Assembly: GCA_002293005.1 (NCBI GenBank) | Contig: DBCJ01000128.1 | Span: 6,204-54,054, forward strand | DNA from: Ignavibacteria bacterium UBA961 | Lineage (GTDB): Bacteria > Bacteroidota > Ignavibacteria > Kapaibacteriales > UBA961 | Reading direction: 5' to 3' | Length of the DNA stretch: 47,851 nucleotides | In this document: in pieces, positions 16,907 to 25,737 of the stretch | How the letters are laid out: each line of letters begins with the position of its first letter | Numbering within the stretch: the stretch's first letter is position 1 | Notes under the pieces: model-generated | Seen by the model: only the letters and a program-made list of their open reading frames with translations | What the model was told of the DNA's origin: nothing | Databases searched by the model: none | Made by a program: the position numbers and the translations under genes

Positions 16907-19264
16907 TCACTGCGTTATGATAATGGGAATTGTCTTGCGAAATGCCCCTGCCCTCAATTCACAATAGTATACACCCTTGGGTAGATTTGTGAGTGGATGC
17001 CGTCTATTGGTCAATTCAGTGGGTGCAATGCCTGAGAAAATGGTTTCAACCTTTTCACCTGTAACTGCATACAAAGAAATGTCAGCATGTATTGATTCAG
17101 GAATGAAGTGTTGAATTTCCACCACACTCTCTCCTGACATCGGCATCATGGCCGTAAAAGAGATTTTCTTACTGCGTATATCGGCAAAAAATGATTCCAA
17201 TGTCTCTTGATCAGCACAAAATGAATTGTCTTTTGCTTTGATGATGATTTTGGGTAATTGGCCCACTTTAAACATATCACAAGGCAATTGACCTACTGTA
17301 GAACCCAACTTGAAAGTATCAATTGAAATGATGCTTTCGGGATACTCGCTTAAGTAATACTTTGCATTTATGAAGGCAATAGTATCAGATTTAAATTCAG
17401 CTTTTGGATCATTTGGAGAAATGTCAATTGTTTGTTCTTTGTCAAGGGTAAAGGTATCAGAAATGTTATATTTTTTTTTATTTACATCATCTAAGTTGAG
17501 GTCTATTGAAGTAATTCTTAATCCTTTTACACTCTCTTCAGGTAAAGAAAAATTGAGTTTGAAATACGAGGCTTGTCCAATAGACACCAAAGGAGTTGTT
17601 ACAACCAAAGGGATCCTCAATTCATCTCCCGGTGAAACAAATACAGTATCAGGTGCAATTGATGCCTGAGGAGTAGCAGAAAAATATGAAAACTCTCTTG
17701 ATTGAGTGTCTGAAAGGGTTATGAAAGATAACTTTCCTTTAAATATACCTTCTCTTTTACCAGGATTGTACTTAACAACAAACTTTTTCTTTTCATGCTC
17801 TTTATTTTCATAATCCTTTTTAACAATCGTATCTATGGTAATTCTACTGTTTAAAGGAGGATCGAAAATAAATGCCGACTGATCACCGGTAAAAACAATT
17901 TTTTCAACTATTACACCTCTGCTGCCTGAAGCAGTTAAAGTATAAGTATTAACACAAGGTGTTAAGCAATCGGGATTTAATTCCGAAAACAAAACAGTAT
18001 CGCATGTTTGTATACCATTATCAACGACCAAAGCACCAGAAGCCCCATATCCTGTAACTGAAAATACATGCTTATCTTCATTCGGTGATAGATTAGGGAA
18101 TTGTGAACTGAAATTTGTATTTACAATTACATTTGATTGAATTGGGCCATTTAACTTAGGTATGAATCGTATAAAGAACGATGTTGATGAATTTGGTTGT
18201 ACAACCCTTGGTGATGCATTTTTGTCAACAATGAAATTATCTTTCATTGTCCCATCCATATTTACCGAATCAATTGTTGCTGGAACATTACCAATATTCT
18301 TTATTGCGATTTGAAAGATTTTAGATGATGAACCAACATCAATTGTATCAGTCAAAGTTAACGATGTTGATGAAGTATAAGTCAATCCGGACACATTGAT
18401 TGTTGTAGTTGTAACTTCATCTATCTCAAACTTCTGAAATGCCACAAATGTTTTTAAGTCGATATTCGACACCTCACTTTGAGATTTTGAACCAGGAGTT
18501 GAAGTGATGGTTAATACATTTTTCACAAGCGAATCTGCAAGAGTTCTCACAGTATATTCTATTGGAATTTCTCGTTTACCATTCGGGGCCAATGTAAATG
18601 GTCCAATATCTGAAGGACGGATATTCACATTGCTCATAATATTTTGTTTGATATCAAGATTCAATGTTTTTGAATCTGTTCCATTATAGACAATAAGAGT
18701 ATCTCTTTTTGTGGCACCGATATACATGGTATCAAATACAATGACCGAATTACTCGGTTTCATAAATCTGGTTGTACGATCACCAAAAAGATGGATTGTG
18801 TCGGAAGCAACAATAGTCGATGTATCCTGAATCTTGCAAAGATTTATGAATATTCTACCTTTTTTAAGAGATTGATCTGCTTCGAATCCCGCTCCTTTAT
18901 CGGCAGTATCTACTTTAAAATTGATTTTGATTGCGAATGTGCTTTGAGGTAATATTTTGAATGGTCGAGTCCTTTGTTGATTCGTGTCAAGTTCAAATTC
19001 TGCAAAAGTATTATCAAAAGGAATTGCATTGACACGGTTTAAATAGAGAGGATCATAGGGTATATAGAGTGTGTCTTTTGTATTATTGACAACAAGAAAA
19101 GAATCCACTTTTGGATTATTCTCTGTTCTTGCTCCAAAATTTAGAGTATCGGCTTCTTGATTGATTCCATCTTTTGATATGATGATGGATTGTGCCATGC
19201 TTTCTACGGAAAATCCCACTGAAATACATATCATGGCGAGAAAAAATGTCATGAATTTTCTCAT
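16907..19264 (-). CDS. large secreted protein of unknown function with repeated Ig-like (choice-of-anchor-D / ASH-like) modules and a T9SS C-terminal sorting domain
   Basis: 785-aa ORF with signal peptide MRKFMTFFLAMICISVGFSVESMAQ. It has recurring F(G/D)...G......L.V.N.G....L modules, for example LNFGARTENNPKVDSFLVVNNTKDTLYI, VFDTMYIGATKRDTLIVYNGTDSKTLNL and TIDVGSSSKIFQIAIKNIGNVPATIDSV. The C-terminus (ADISLYAVTGEKVETIFSG...LPKGVYYCELRAGAFRKTIPIIITQ) is typical of a T9SS CTD. Confidence 0.6.
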   Translation of the reverse strand: MRKFMTFFLAMICISVGFSVESMAQSIIISKDGINQEADTLNFGARTENNPKVDSFLVVNNTKDTLYIPYDPLYLNRVNAIPFDNTFAEFELDTNQQRTRPFKILPQSTFAIKINFKVDTADKGAGFEADQSLKKGRIFINLCKIQDTSTIVASDTIHLFGDRTTRFMKPSNSVIVFDTMYIGATKRDTLIVYNGTDSKTLNLDIKQNIMSNVNIRPSDIGPFTLAPNGKREIPIEYTVRTLADSLVKNVLTITSTPGSKSQSEVSNIDLKTFVAFQKFEIDEVTTTTINVSGLTYTSSTSLTLTDTIDVGSSSKIFQIAIKNIGNVPATIDSVNMDGTMKDNFIVDKNASPRVVQPNSSTSFFIRFIPKLNGPIQSNVIVNTNFSSQFPNLSPNEDKHVFSVTGYGASGALVVDNGIQTCDTVLFSELNPDCLTPCVNTYTLTASGSRGVIVEKIVFTGDQSAFIFDPPLNSRITIDTIVKKDYENKEHEKKKFVVKYNPGKREGIFKGKLSFITLSDTQSREFSYFSATPQASIAPDTVFVSPGDELRIPLVVTTPLVSIGQASYFKLNFSLPEESVKGLRITSIDLNLDDVNKKKYNISDTFTLDKEQTIDISPNDPKAEFKSDTIAFINAKYYLSEYPESIISIDTFKLGSTVGQLPCDMFKVGQLPKIIIKAKDNSFCADQETLESFFADIRSKKISFTAMMPMSGESVVEIQHFIPESIHADISLYAVTGEKVETIFSGIAPTELTNRRHPLTNLPKGVYYCELRAGAFRKTIPIIITQ

Positions 19265-19274
19265 ACTGAACCCT

Positions 19275-19721
19275 TTAGTTTTTATTACGTGAACTTCCCA
19301 CTATTGCAAGCACTTTCAATTCCACTGCTATTGGAGTTGGAAGCGCATTGATTTCGATTGTCGTTCTGCATGCCTGGACATGCGTAAAATGCTCTTTATA
19401 GAGCGCATTGAAAGTCGGAAAATCTTTCTTCATATTGGTTAAAAACACCGTGACATCAATGATGTCTTCCCAGCAAGATCCTGCATCTTCAAGTACATAG
19501 CGAATATTCCTGAAAACCGACAAAGTTTGCTCGGTGATATCATAGGCAACAATATTGCCATGTTCATCCAATTCCACACCCGGAATTGCTTTATTTCCAC
19601 GCTCTCTTGGACCAACACCAGAAATAAATAGCATATCGCCAATCTGTCTGGCATGTGGATAAGCTCCGACCGGTTCGGGAGCTCTTTCGGAATTGATGAT
19701 GATATTGATCTTGGATTCCAT
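19275..19721 (-). CDS. ridA: RidA/YjgF/UK114 family reactive-intermediate deaminase
   Basis: Family pattern APEPVGAYPHARQIGDMLFISGVGP ... DVTVFLTNMKDF..FN..Y ... CRTTIEINALP. The track ORF begins at a TTG (19751). I prefer the in-frame ATG at 19721 (MESKINII...). Confidence 0.85.
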   Translation of the reverse strand: MESKINIIINSERAPEPVGAYPHARQIGDMLFISGVGPRERGNKAIPGVELDEHGNIVAYDITEQTLSVFRNIRYVLEDAGSCWEDIIDVTVFLTNMKKDFPTFNALYKEHFTHVQACRTTIEINALPTPIAVELKVLAIVGSSRNKN

Positions 19722-19870
19722 GAATACTATTTTCCGATGAGTCTTTGACAAGTTATCCTGAGGAGAACTTTGCCTTGATTAGTTCGCTGTAAATTACGAA
19801 TTTCGGGTTATTAAACATATCTAATCAGAGATCTCTAGCAATCTCATTTCACATTTCGGAGCTTTCGCTA

Positions 19871-20830
19871 ATGAAAAGAATCGGACTCCTCACAAGTGGC
19901 ACAGATGCACCCGGCATGAATGCACTCATCAGATCTGTTGTAAGAACAGCTGAATCCAAGAAAATTGAAGTCATTGGTATTTCACATGGTTATAAAGGAA
20001 TCATTGAAGAACAATTCCGCACTCTCGGTAGAGCGGATACAGCCAATATCGTTGGAACGGGTGGAACCATACTTAAAACAAGCAAATATCTTCCCATTGA
20101 AGAAGAACATGTTCGCAAGCAAGCCGTTGAAAATATGAGAAAAGCAGGGATTGAAGGATTGATCGCCTCGGGTGGTCCTTGGTCATTGAAATACCTTCAT
20201 TTGATGAGCAAAGAACATAATTTTCCGGTTGTCGGCGTTGGAGCTATTATTGATAATGATGTATATGGAACAGATTATACCATCGGTTATGATTCAGCTT
20301 TGAATACTGCCGCAGATGCGATCGATAAAATTCGCGATACTGCGGATTCCATGGGAAATGTCTTCATCATCGAGGTGATGGGAAGTCAAGCAGGATATAT
20401 TGCGATTAATGTAGGTATTGGATGTGGTGCTGAATATATCGCCATACCCGAAACAATCACCAATATACCTGATTTGCATAGAAGAATTACAACAAGAAAT
20501 GACAATAAGCGCTATATCATTGTGATTGGTGAAGGTGATGAAGTTGGTGGCGGATTCGATCTCGCGAAAATTTTGAAAGATTCTTATAATATCGACAGTA
20601 TTGTGTCGGTTCTTGGTGCTATGCAAAAAGGCGGAAAGCCATCCGTTGCAGATCGCATTCTTGCAAGTCGTTTGGGACAAGCCGCAGTCGAAGCAATGAA
20701 AGATGGCAATACTAATTCGATGGTCGGTATCATCAATGGCGCGATACACCATACACCTCTTCCGATGACATTCGAAAGAAAGAAAATTCTCCCGGATTAT
20801 TTGGTTTCCTTATCTGATATTCTTGCTTGA
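19871..20830 (+). CDS. 6-phosphofructokinase family protein (PfkA-like) with degenerate catalytic motifs
   Basis: 319-aa ORF, collinear with ATP-PFKs (MKRIGLLTSG.DAPGMNALIRSVVR, AIDKIRDTA, IIEVMG, DRILASRLG). However GGDGS is GGPWS (20171..20185) and several substrate-binding Arg/His are replaced (see findings). GGAG lies 11 nt upstream of the ATG. Confidence 0.85.
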   Translation: MKRIGLLTSGTDAPGMNALIRSVVRTAESKKIEVIGISHGYKGIIEEQFRTLGRADTANIVGTGGTILKTSKYLPIEEEHVRKQAVENMRKAGIEGLIASGGPWSLKYLHLMSKEHNFPVVGVGAIIDNDVYGTDYTIGYDSALNTAADAIDKIRDTADSMGNVFIIEVMGSQAGYIAINVGIGCGAEYIAIPETITNIPDLHRRITTRNDNKRYIIVIGEGDEVGGGFDLAKILKDSYNIDSIVSVLGAMQKGGKPSVADRILASRLGQAAVEAMKDGNTNSMVGIINGAIHHTPLPMTFERKKILPDYLVSLSDILA

Positions 20831-20842
20831 TTGGAGTTTGAA

Positions 20843-21127
20843 ATGACAATAGATTTCTCCGGAATTATACAAATGTTCCAAATGGAGGGTTTTACCGCGC
20901 TAGGTAAAATTGCTCATCCTATGACCGGTAAAACCGAAAAAAATCTTGAACAAGCATCATTCGTTATCGATTTACTGGCGGTTTTGCAGGAAAAGACAAA
21001 AGGGAATTTGACAGATACCGAAGCTCGATTACTTGACAATGTGCTTCGTGATTTGCGTTTAAATTATGTGTCGGATAATACCGTCCCTGCATCTTCAACA
21101 CCGGATTCATCCGGTGAATTGTCATGA
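20843..21127 (+). CDS. DUF1844 family small protein
   Basis: The sequence F..L.......ALG.I.HP.TGK.E.NLEQA.F.IDLLAVLQEKTKGNLT..E..LL...L.DLRL.YV matches my memory of the DUF1844 consensus. The ATG at 20843 has GGAG 8 nt upstream (the track ORF starts at a TTG at 20831). The stop overlaps the nadK start (ATGA at 21124..21127). Confidence 0.6.
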   Translation: MTIDFSGIIQMFQMEGFTALGKIAHPMTGKTEKNLEQASFVIDLLAVLQEKTKGNLTDTEARLLDNVLRDLRLNYVSDNTVPASSTPDSSGELS

Positions 21128-22014
21128 AATCCATTGGATTATATGTCAATCCTGATCGATCCGGAGCTGTGCAATCAGCAATCAATGCCGCTGAGATTCT
21201 TATTGATTTAGGTGCTGAATGCTGTGTGGAACCCTCAATTTTTCCACTGTTTCCTGTTCATCTGCAGGAAACAGTACAGCAGTTTCAAGCAATTGATTTT
21301 GAACGCTTTGCAGATTTGGTGATTGCATTCGGCGGCGATGGTACGATGCTGACTGCTGCACGCCTGTTTTCAGGTTCAGATTTGCCAATCATGGGTGTGA
21401 ATGTCGGAAGGCTTGGCTTCTTGGCTGAGTTCAATGTGGATGAATTACCCGGAGCATTGCAAGATGTATTATCAGGTAATTATCGCATTGTGGATAGAAC
21501 ACTTCTCGAGGCTCATGTGCATGGAAAAACAATTCATGCATTCAATGAAATTGTGTTTGAGAAGAAGGATTCATCCAGACTCATAACCACGCATATTGCG
21601 CATCAGCAATATCTCATTGCTTCTTATCGTGCCGATGGCGTGATCATTGCCACACCGACCGGATCCACGGCTTATTCATTGTCATGTGGCGGACCCCTCA
21701 TCACACCATCATCTTCCGTATTATGCATCACTCCGATTTCTCCGCATTCTCTGACAATGAGACCTCTAATCATTCCGGATACTTTGGAACTTACGGTGAA
21801 AGTGGATTCATCGGGTTCGGAAGCGCGGCTTGTGGCTGATGGTCAAATTGAAATACCTATTGGGAAGAATGATCAAGTATTAATCAAAAGATCAGCTACG
21901 CAAGTGAAGATAGTGAAGCATGCTCAGAGTACATTTTTCGATCTTCTCCGAAATAAACTATTGTGGTCAGTTGATCCTTCCGCCTTTGATCAATCTTCGG
22001 AAGTTCACAATTGA
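21124..22014 (+). CDS. nadK: NAD+ kinase
   Basis: 296-aa ORF with the GGDGTML, NVGRLGFL and DGVIIATPTGSTAYSLSCGGP motifs. Confidence 0.92.
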   Translation: MKSIGLYVNPDRSGAVQSAINAAEILIDLGAECCVEPSIFPLFPVHLQETVQQFQAIDFERFADLVIAFGGDGTMLTAARLFSGSDLPIMGVNVGRLGFLAEFNVDELPGALQDVLSGNYRIVDRTLLEAHVHGKTIHAFNEIVFEKKDSSRLITTHIAHQQYLIASYRADGVIIATPTGSTAYSLSCGGPLITPSSSVLCITPISPHSLTMRPLIIPDTLELTVKVDSSGSEARLVADGQIEIPIGKNDQVLIKRSATQVKIVKHAQSTFFDLLRNKLLWSVDPSAFDQSSEVHN

Positions 22015-22667
22015 AAAAAGCGCTTCTCTTTGATCTTGACGGCACATTGTCCGATTCGGCTCCCGGGATCATCAATTCCGTCAATTATGCACTTGATGCA
22101 TTAGGTGCTGATGCCTTATCAATGGATACACTTCGAAAATTTCTCGGTCCACCGCTTTGGGAGTCATTTCCGGCATATTGTCATTTTGATGCTGATACAA
22201 CAAAAGAAGCAGTCAGACTCTATCGAGAGTATTATTCGGTTCATGGAATTTATGAGCAAAAGCTCTATGAAGGTATACCCGAATTGATTCAAACACTTGC
22301 CGAGATGAATGCAAGATTGTTTGTTGCCACTGCCAAACCTGATTTATATGCAGGAAAAATTTTGCAATTCATGAAACTTGATCATCATTTCATTGATATC
22401 TGTGGTGCCACAGCAGATGCATCAAGAGCTGATAAAACTTCCATCATTGGTCATGTATTGGAAAAGCATACTATAAATCCATTTGAATCTTGGATGATTG
22501 GTGATAAGGAGCATGATATCAAGGGAGCGCATGCACATTCCATGAATTCGATTGCTTGTGCTTATGGATATGGTTCTGAAGAAGAAATACAATCTGCCGA
22601 GCCAAAACATATATGTGCAAGTGTTCAAGAATTGCACGAACTTCTATTAAACCCTGAATTTTACTGA
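22011..22667 (+). CDS. HAD-superfamily phosphatase (phosphoglycolate phosphatase / PGP-like subfamily)
   Basis: 218-aa ORF with HAD motif I FDLDGTL at residues 7-13, motif II VATAK and motif IV GDKEHD. The TTG start is forced by the position of motif I and overlaps the nadK stop (TTGA at 22011..22014). Confidence 0.8.
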   Translation: MKKALLFDLDGTLSDSAPGIINSVNYALDALGADALSMDTLRKFLGPPLWESFPAYCHFDADTTKEAVRLYREYYSVHGIYEQKLYEGIPELIQTLAEMNARLFVATAKPDLYAGKILQFMKLDHHFIDICGATADASRADKTSIIGHVLEKHTINPFESWMIGDKEHDIKGAHAHSMNSIACAYGYGSEEEIQSAEPKHICASVQELHELLLNPEFY

Positions 22668-22737
22668 TTTGGGAACATGCTGATTTGTTTTCGGGTTTGC
22701 AAAAATGAAAATTATCTAAATTGACCGAAACAAGCAC

Positions 22738-23763
22738 ATGCACAGCTATCCTATGGAATCAAATACAATCAATACCCAACAGTTTAATGATAAGCTTGCA
22801 TCATTCCGTGCGCTCATAGATGAACATATTACTGATTCATACAGCGGAGCACGACCTGCCACTTTATATGATCCAATAGAATACATATTTTCTGCCGGTG
22901 GTAAAAGACTAAGACCAATTTTGACCATGCTAGCTTGTGAAAGCATCGGTGGTGATCCTGAGCAAGCCGCAGGTTGCGGGGCCGCACTTGAAATACTCCA
23001 TAATTTTACATTGGTTCATGATGATATCATGGATAGATCACCTTTGAGAAGAGGTAGAGAAACAGTACATGTAAAATGGGATGAAGCATCTGCCATTTTA
23101 AGTGGCGATGTCATGATGGGAATTGCTTATAGATTGCTCATCAATGAAATTAAAGACTCACCACGTGGCATGGAAATCATGTCGAGATTTACACAAGGTC
23201 TCATAGATGTCTGCGAAGGTCAAGCTCATGACTTGGAATTTCAACAAAAGTCTATTGTGAGCATGGAAGAGTATTTAACAATGATAGAGATGAAGACTGC
23301 AAGACTGATAGAACTTTCTGCCGTCATTGGAGGACTTTATGCAAATGCCACTCAATTGCAAGTGACAGCGCTGAATACATTTTCCTATCATTTGGGAATT
23401 GCATTCCAAGTACAAGATGATGTATTGGATTTATTGTCGGAAAACAAAGAATTCGGAAAATTGACGGGTCAGGATTTAATTGAAGGGAAGAAAAGCTATT
23501 TCATCGTTAGAGCAAATGAAGTCATCAAAGAAGGACCCGATGCTGAATTCATAAATACCTATATAAACAACAAAGGCATCTCAAAAGAAGAGATACCTTT
23601 GGCAATTGACATATTTAAAAGACATGGCATAATCGAAGATGCCATTCATGCAGTGCAATCCCATATTGGTGCTGCTCAATCTGCACTTTCCATGTTACCG
23701 GAAAATGATGGTACGCGAGGACTAGAAGTCATAGCGCAGAAAATGGCAGTCAGAACAACTTAA
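22738..23763 (+). CDS. polyprenyl diphosphate synthase (trans-IPPS, short/medium chain, GGPP-synthase-like)
   Basis: 341-aa ORF with the first Asp-rich motif LVHDDIMDRSPLRRG, the second FQVQDDVLD, and GKRLRP. Product chain length cannot be decided from sequence alone. Confidence 0.85.
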   Translation: MHSYPMESNTINTQQFNDKLASFRALIDEHITDSYSGARPATLYDPIEYIFSAGGKRLRPILTMLACESIGGDPEQAAGCGAALEILHNFTLVHDDIMDRSPLRRGRETVHVKWDEASAILSGDVMMGIAYRLLINEIKDSPRGMEIMSRFTQGLIDVCEGQAHDLEFQQKSIVSMEEYLTMIEMKTARLIELSAVIGGLYANATQLQVTALNTFSYHLGIAFQVQDDVLDLLSENKEFGKLTGQDLIEGKKSYFIVRANEVIKEGPDAEFINTYINNKGISKEEIPLAIDIFKRHGIIEDAIHAVQSHIGAAQSALSMLPENDGTRGLEVIAQKMAVRTT

Positions 23764-25679
23764 TCAATCATGAGTGAAGCAAACAATGCTTCGATTTCCT
23801 CAAGAGATTTAGCGCCCAAATCACCCACTCCATGTTCACGAACAGAAACCTGTCTTAATTCCTGTTCTCTCTTTCCAAGCACAAGTGCATATGGAATTTT
23901 CTTTTGTTCGCTCTCTGCAACCTTCCGAGAAATCTTCTCATTTCTGAGATCTGTCTTGACGCGATAACCTTTGGATTCAAAAAGCGCGGTCAATTCTTGT
24001 GCATATCCATGCTGCTCATCACTGATTGGAAGAATGGAAATTTGAGTCGGTGAAATCCAGAATGGGAAATTACCTGCATAATGTTCAATCAAGATGGATA
24101 AAAATCTTTCCATTGATCCAAAGGGCGCGCGATGAATGATCACCGGACGATGCTTTGAATTATCCGCACCGGTATACTCCAATTGGAATCTCTCAGGCAT
24201 GACATAATCCACTTGAACCGTACCTAATTGCCATTTCCTTCCAATCGCATCGCGTACGATGAAGTCGATTTTTGGTCCATAAAAAGCTGCTTCTCCAAGA
24301 CCGATGAAATATTCCAATTGCATTTCATCAGCAACATCTTTAATCTCTTTTTGTGCTCTTTCCCAAAGTTCGAGTTCGCCACCATATTTATCTGGATTTT
24401 CATCTCTGAAGGATAATCTCGTGCTGACATCCATGCCGAAAGTCGTGAAAACCTTTTGCGTGATTTCAATCACTTGTTTGATTTCATGTCTGAGTTGATC
24501 TTCAGTGCAATAAATATGCGCATCATCCTGAGTAAATCCACGAACTCTGGACAAACCATTCAATTCTCCTGATTGCTCATAACGATAGACGGTTCCGAAT
24601 TCAGACAATCGAACGGGAAGATCACGATATGAGCGTGGTTTTGAAGCATAGATTTGATGATGATGAGGACAATTCATCGGCTTTAGCAAATATTCTTCAT
24701 CATCAACCGCTATCGGGGTGAATTGTGAATCAGCATAATAGGGATAATGTCCACTGGTTTTATACAATTGCAAATGACCAATATGCGGAGTGATCACTTC
24801 TTGATAGCCTCTTTTGGCTTGCTCTTTGCGAAGAAAATCTTCAAGTGTTCTACGAATCACCGTTCCATTAGGAAGCCATACCGGTAGACCGCCACCGATC
24901 ATCGGAGAAATCATGAATAATTCGAGTTCTTTACCAATTTTACGATGATCTCTTTTCTCAGCTTCTTCACGCAATTTGATGAATTCTTCCAATTGGTCTT
25001 TTTTTGGAAATGCAATTCCATAAATGCGAGTCAATTGATTTCGTGAAGAATCACCACGCCAATAGGCACCGGCCACGGAGAGTAATTTTGGATATTTCAA
25101 TGTTCCTGTGGATGGTACATGTGTTCCACGACAGAGATCGGTGAATCCTCCCTGAGAATAGAAAGTGATTTCTGAATCTTTCAATCCATCGAGCAATTCC
25201 AATTTATACTCATCGCCTTTTTCAGTGAAATATGCCATTGCATCTTCCCATGAAATCTCTTTGCGGATGAATGGGGAATCTGCTTTTACCAATTCTTTCA
25301 TTTTCTGTTCGATTTTCGGTAAATCATCCACAGAAATTTTAATCCCTTCGGGAAGATCGATATCATAATAAAAGCCTGCTTCAATGGAAGGACCAATACC
25401 GAATTTCACACCGGGATATAATGCTTCAAGAGCTTCAGCCATGAGATGGGCAGTGGAATGCCAGAAGATTTGTTTACCTTCATCATCATTCCATGTAACA
25501 ATCCGAATTGTTGCATCTTGCGAAATTGGTCTTGATAAATCATAAGGGATATCATTGACAAAAATTCCGAGTGCATTTCTTGCCAAACCCTCTGAGATTG
25601 ACATTGCGATTTCTTTACCGGTTGAATGCTCCGGGAATTGCTTGACTGTTCCGTCCGGAAATGTAATGTTCATTGACAT
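23760..25679 (-). CDS. thrS: threonine--tRNA ligase
   Basis: TGS-domain N-terminus (NITFPDGTVKQF), the editing-domain HSTAHLMA motif, class II core (RGFTQDDAHIYC, GPKIDF) and an anticodon-binding tail. The start is probably ATG 25679 or 25673 rather than the track start at 25703. Confidence 0.95.
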   Translation of the reverse strand: MSMNITFPDGTVKQFPEHSTGKEIAMSISEGLARNALGIFVNDIPYDLSRPISQDATIRIVTWNDDEGKQIFWHSTAHLMAEALEALYPGVKFGIGPSIEAGFYYDIDLPEGIKISVDDLPKIEQKMKELVKADSPFIRKEISWEDAMAYFTEKGDEYKLELLDGLKDSEITFYSQGGFTDLCRGTHVPSTGTLKYPKLLSVAGAYWRGDSSRNQLTRIYGIAFPKKDQLEEFIKLREEAEKRDHRKIGKELELFMISPMIGGGLPVWLPNGTVIRRTLEDFLRKEQAKRGYQEVITPHIGHLQLYKTSGHYPYYADSQFTPIAVDDEEYLLKPMNCPHHHQIYASKPRSYRDLPVRLSEFGTVYRYEQSGELNGLSRVRGFTQDDAHIYCTEDQLRHEIKQVIEITQKVFTTFGMDVSTRLSFRDENPDKYGGELELWERAQKEIKDVADEMQLEYFIGLGEAAFYGPKIDFIVRDAIGRKWQLGTVQVDYVMPERFQLEYTGADNSKHRPVIIHRAPFGSMERFLSILIEHYAGNFPFWISPTQISILPISDEQHGYAQELTALFESKGYRVKTDLRNEKISRKVAESEQKKIPYALVLGKREQELRQVSVREHGVGDLGAKSLEEIEALFASLMID

Positions 25680-25737
25680 AGTATAGAGTAAAAATGATTG
25701 CAAAGATACCGTTTTGACTTGAAATAGGATGCTGTCC

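Noticed and set aside
19871-20830. Interpreting the odd PFK as a PPi-dependent phosphofructokinase, or as a sequencing frameshift artefact around GGPWS
   Set aside because: PPi-PFKs keep the F6P-binding Arg/His set and have their own GGDD-type motif, which is absent here. The substitutions are scattered over the whole length in one continuous reading frame, so local frameshift errors cannot explain them.
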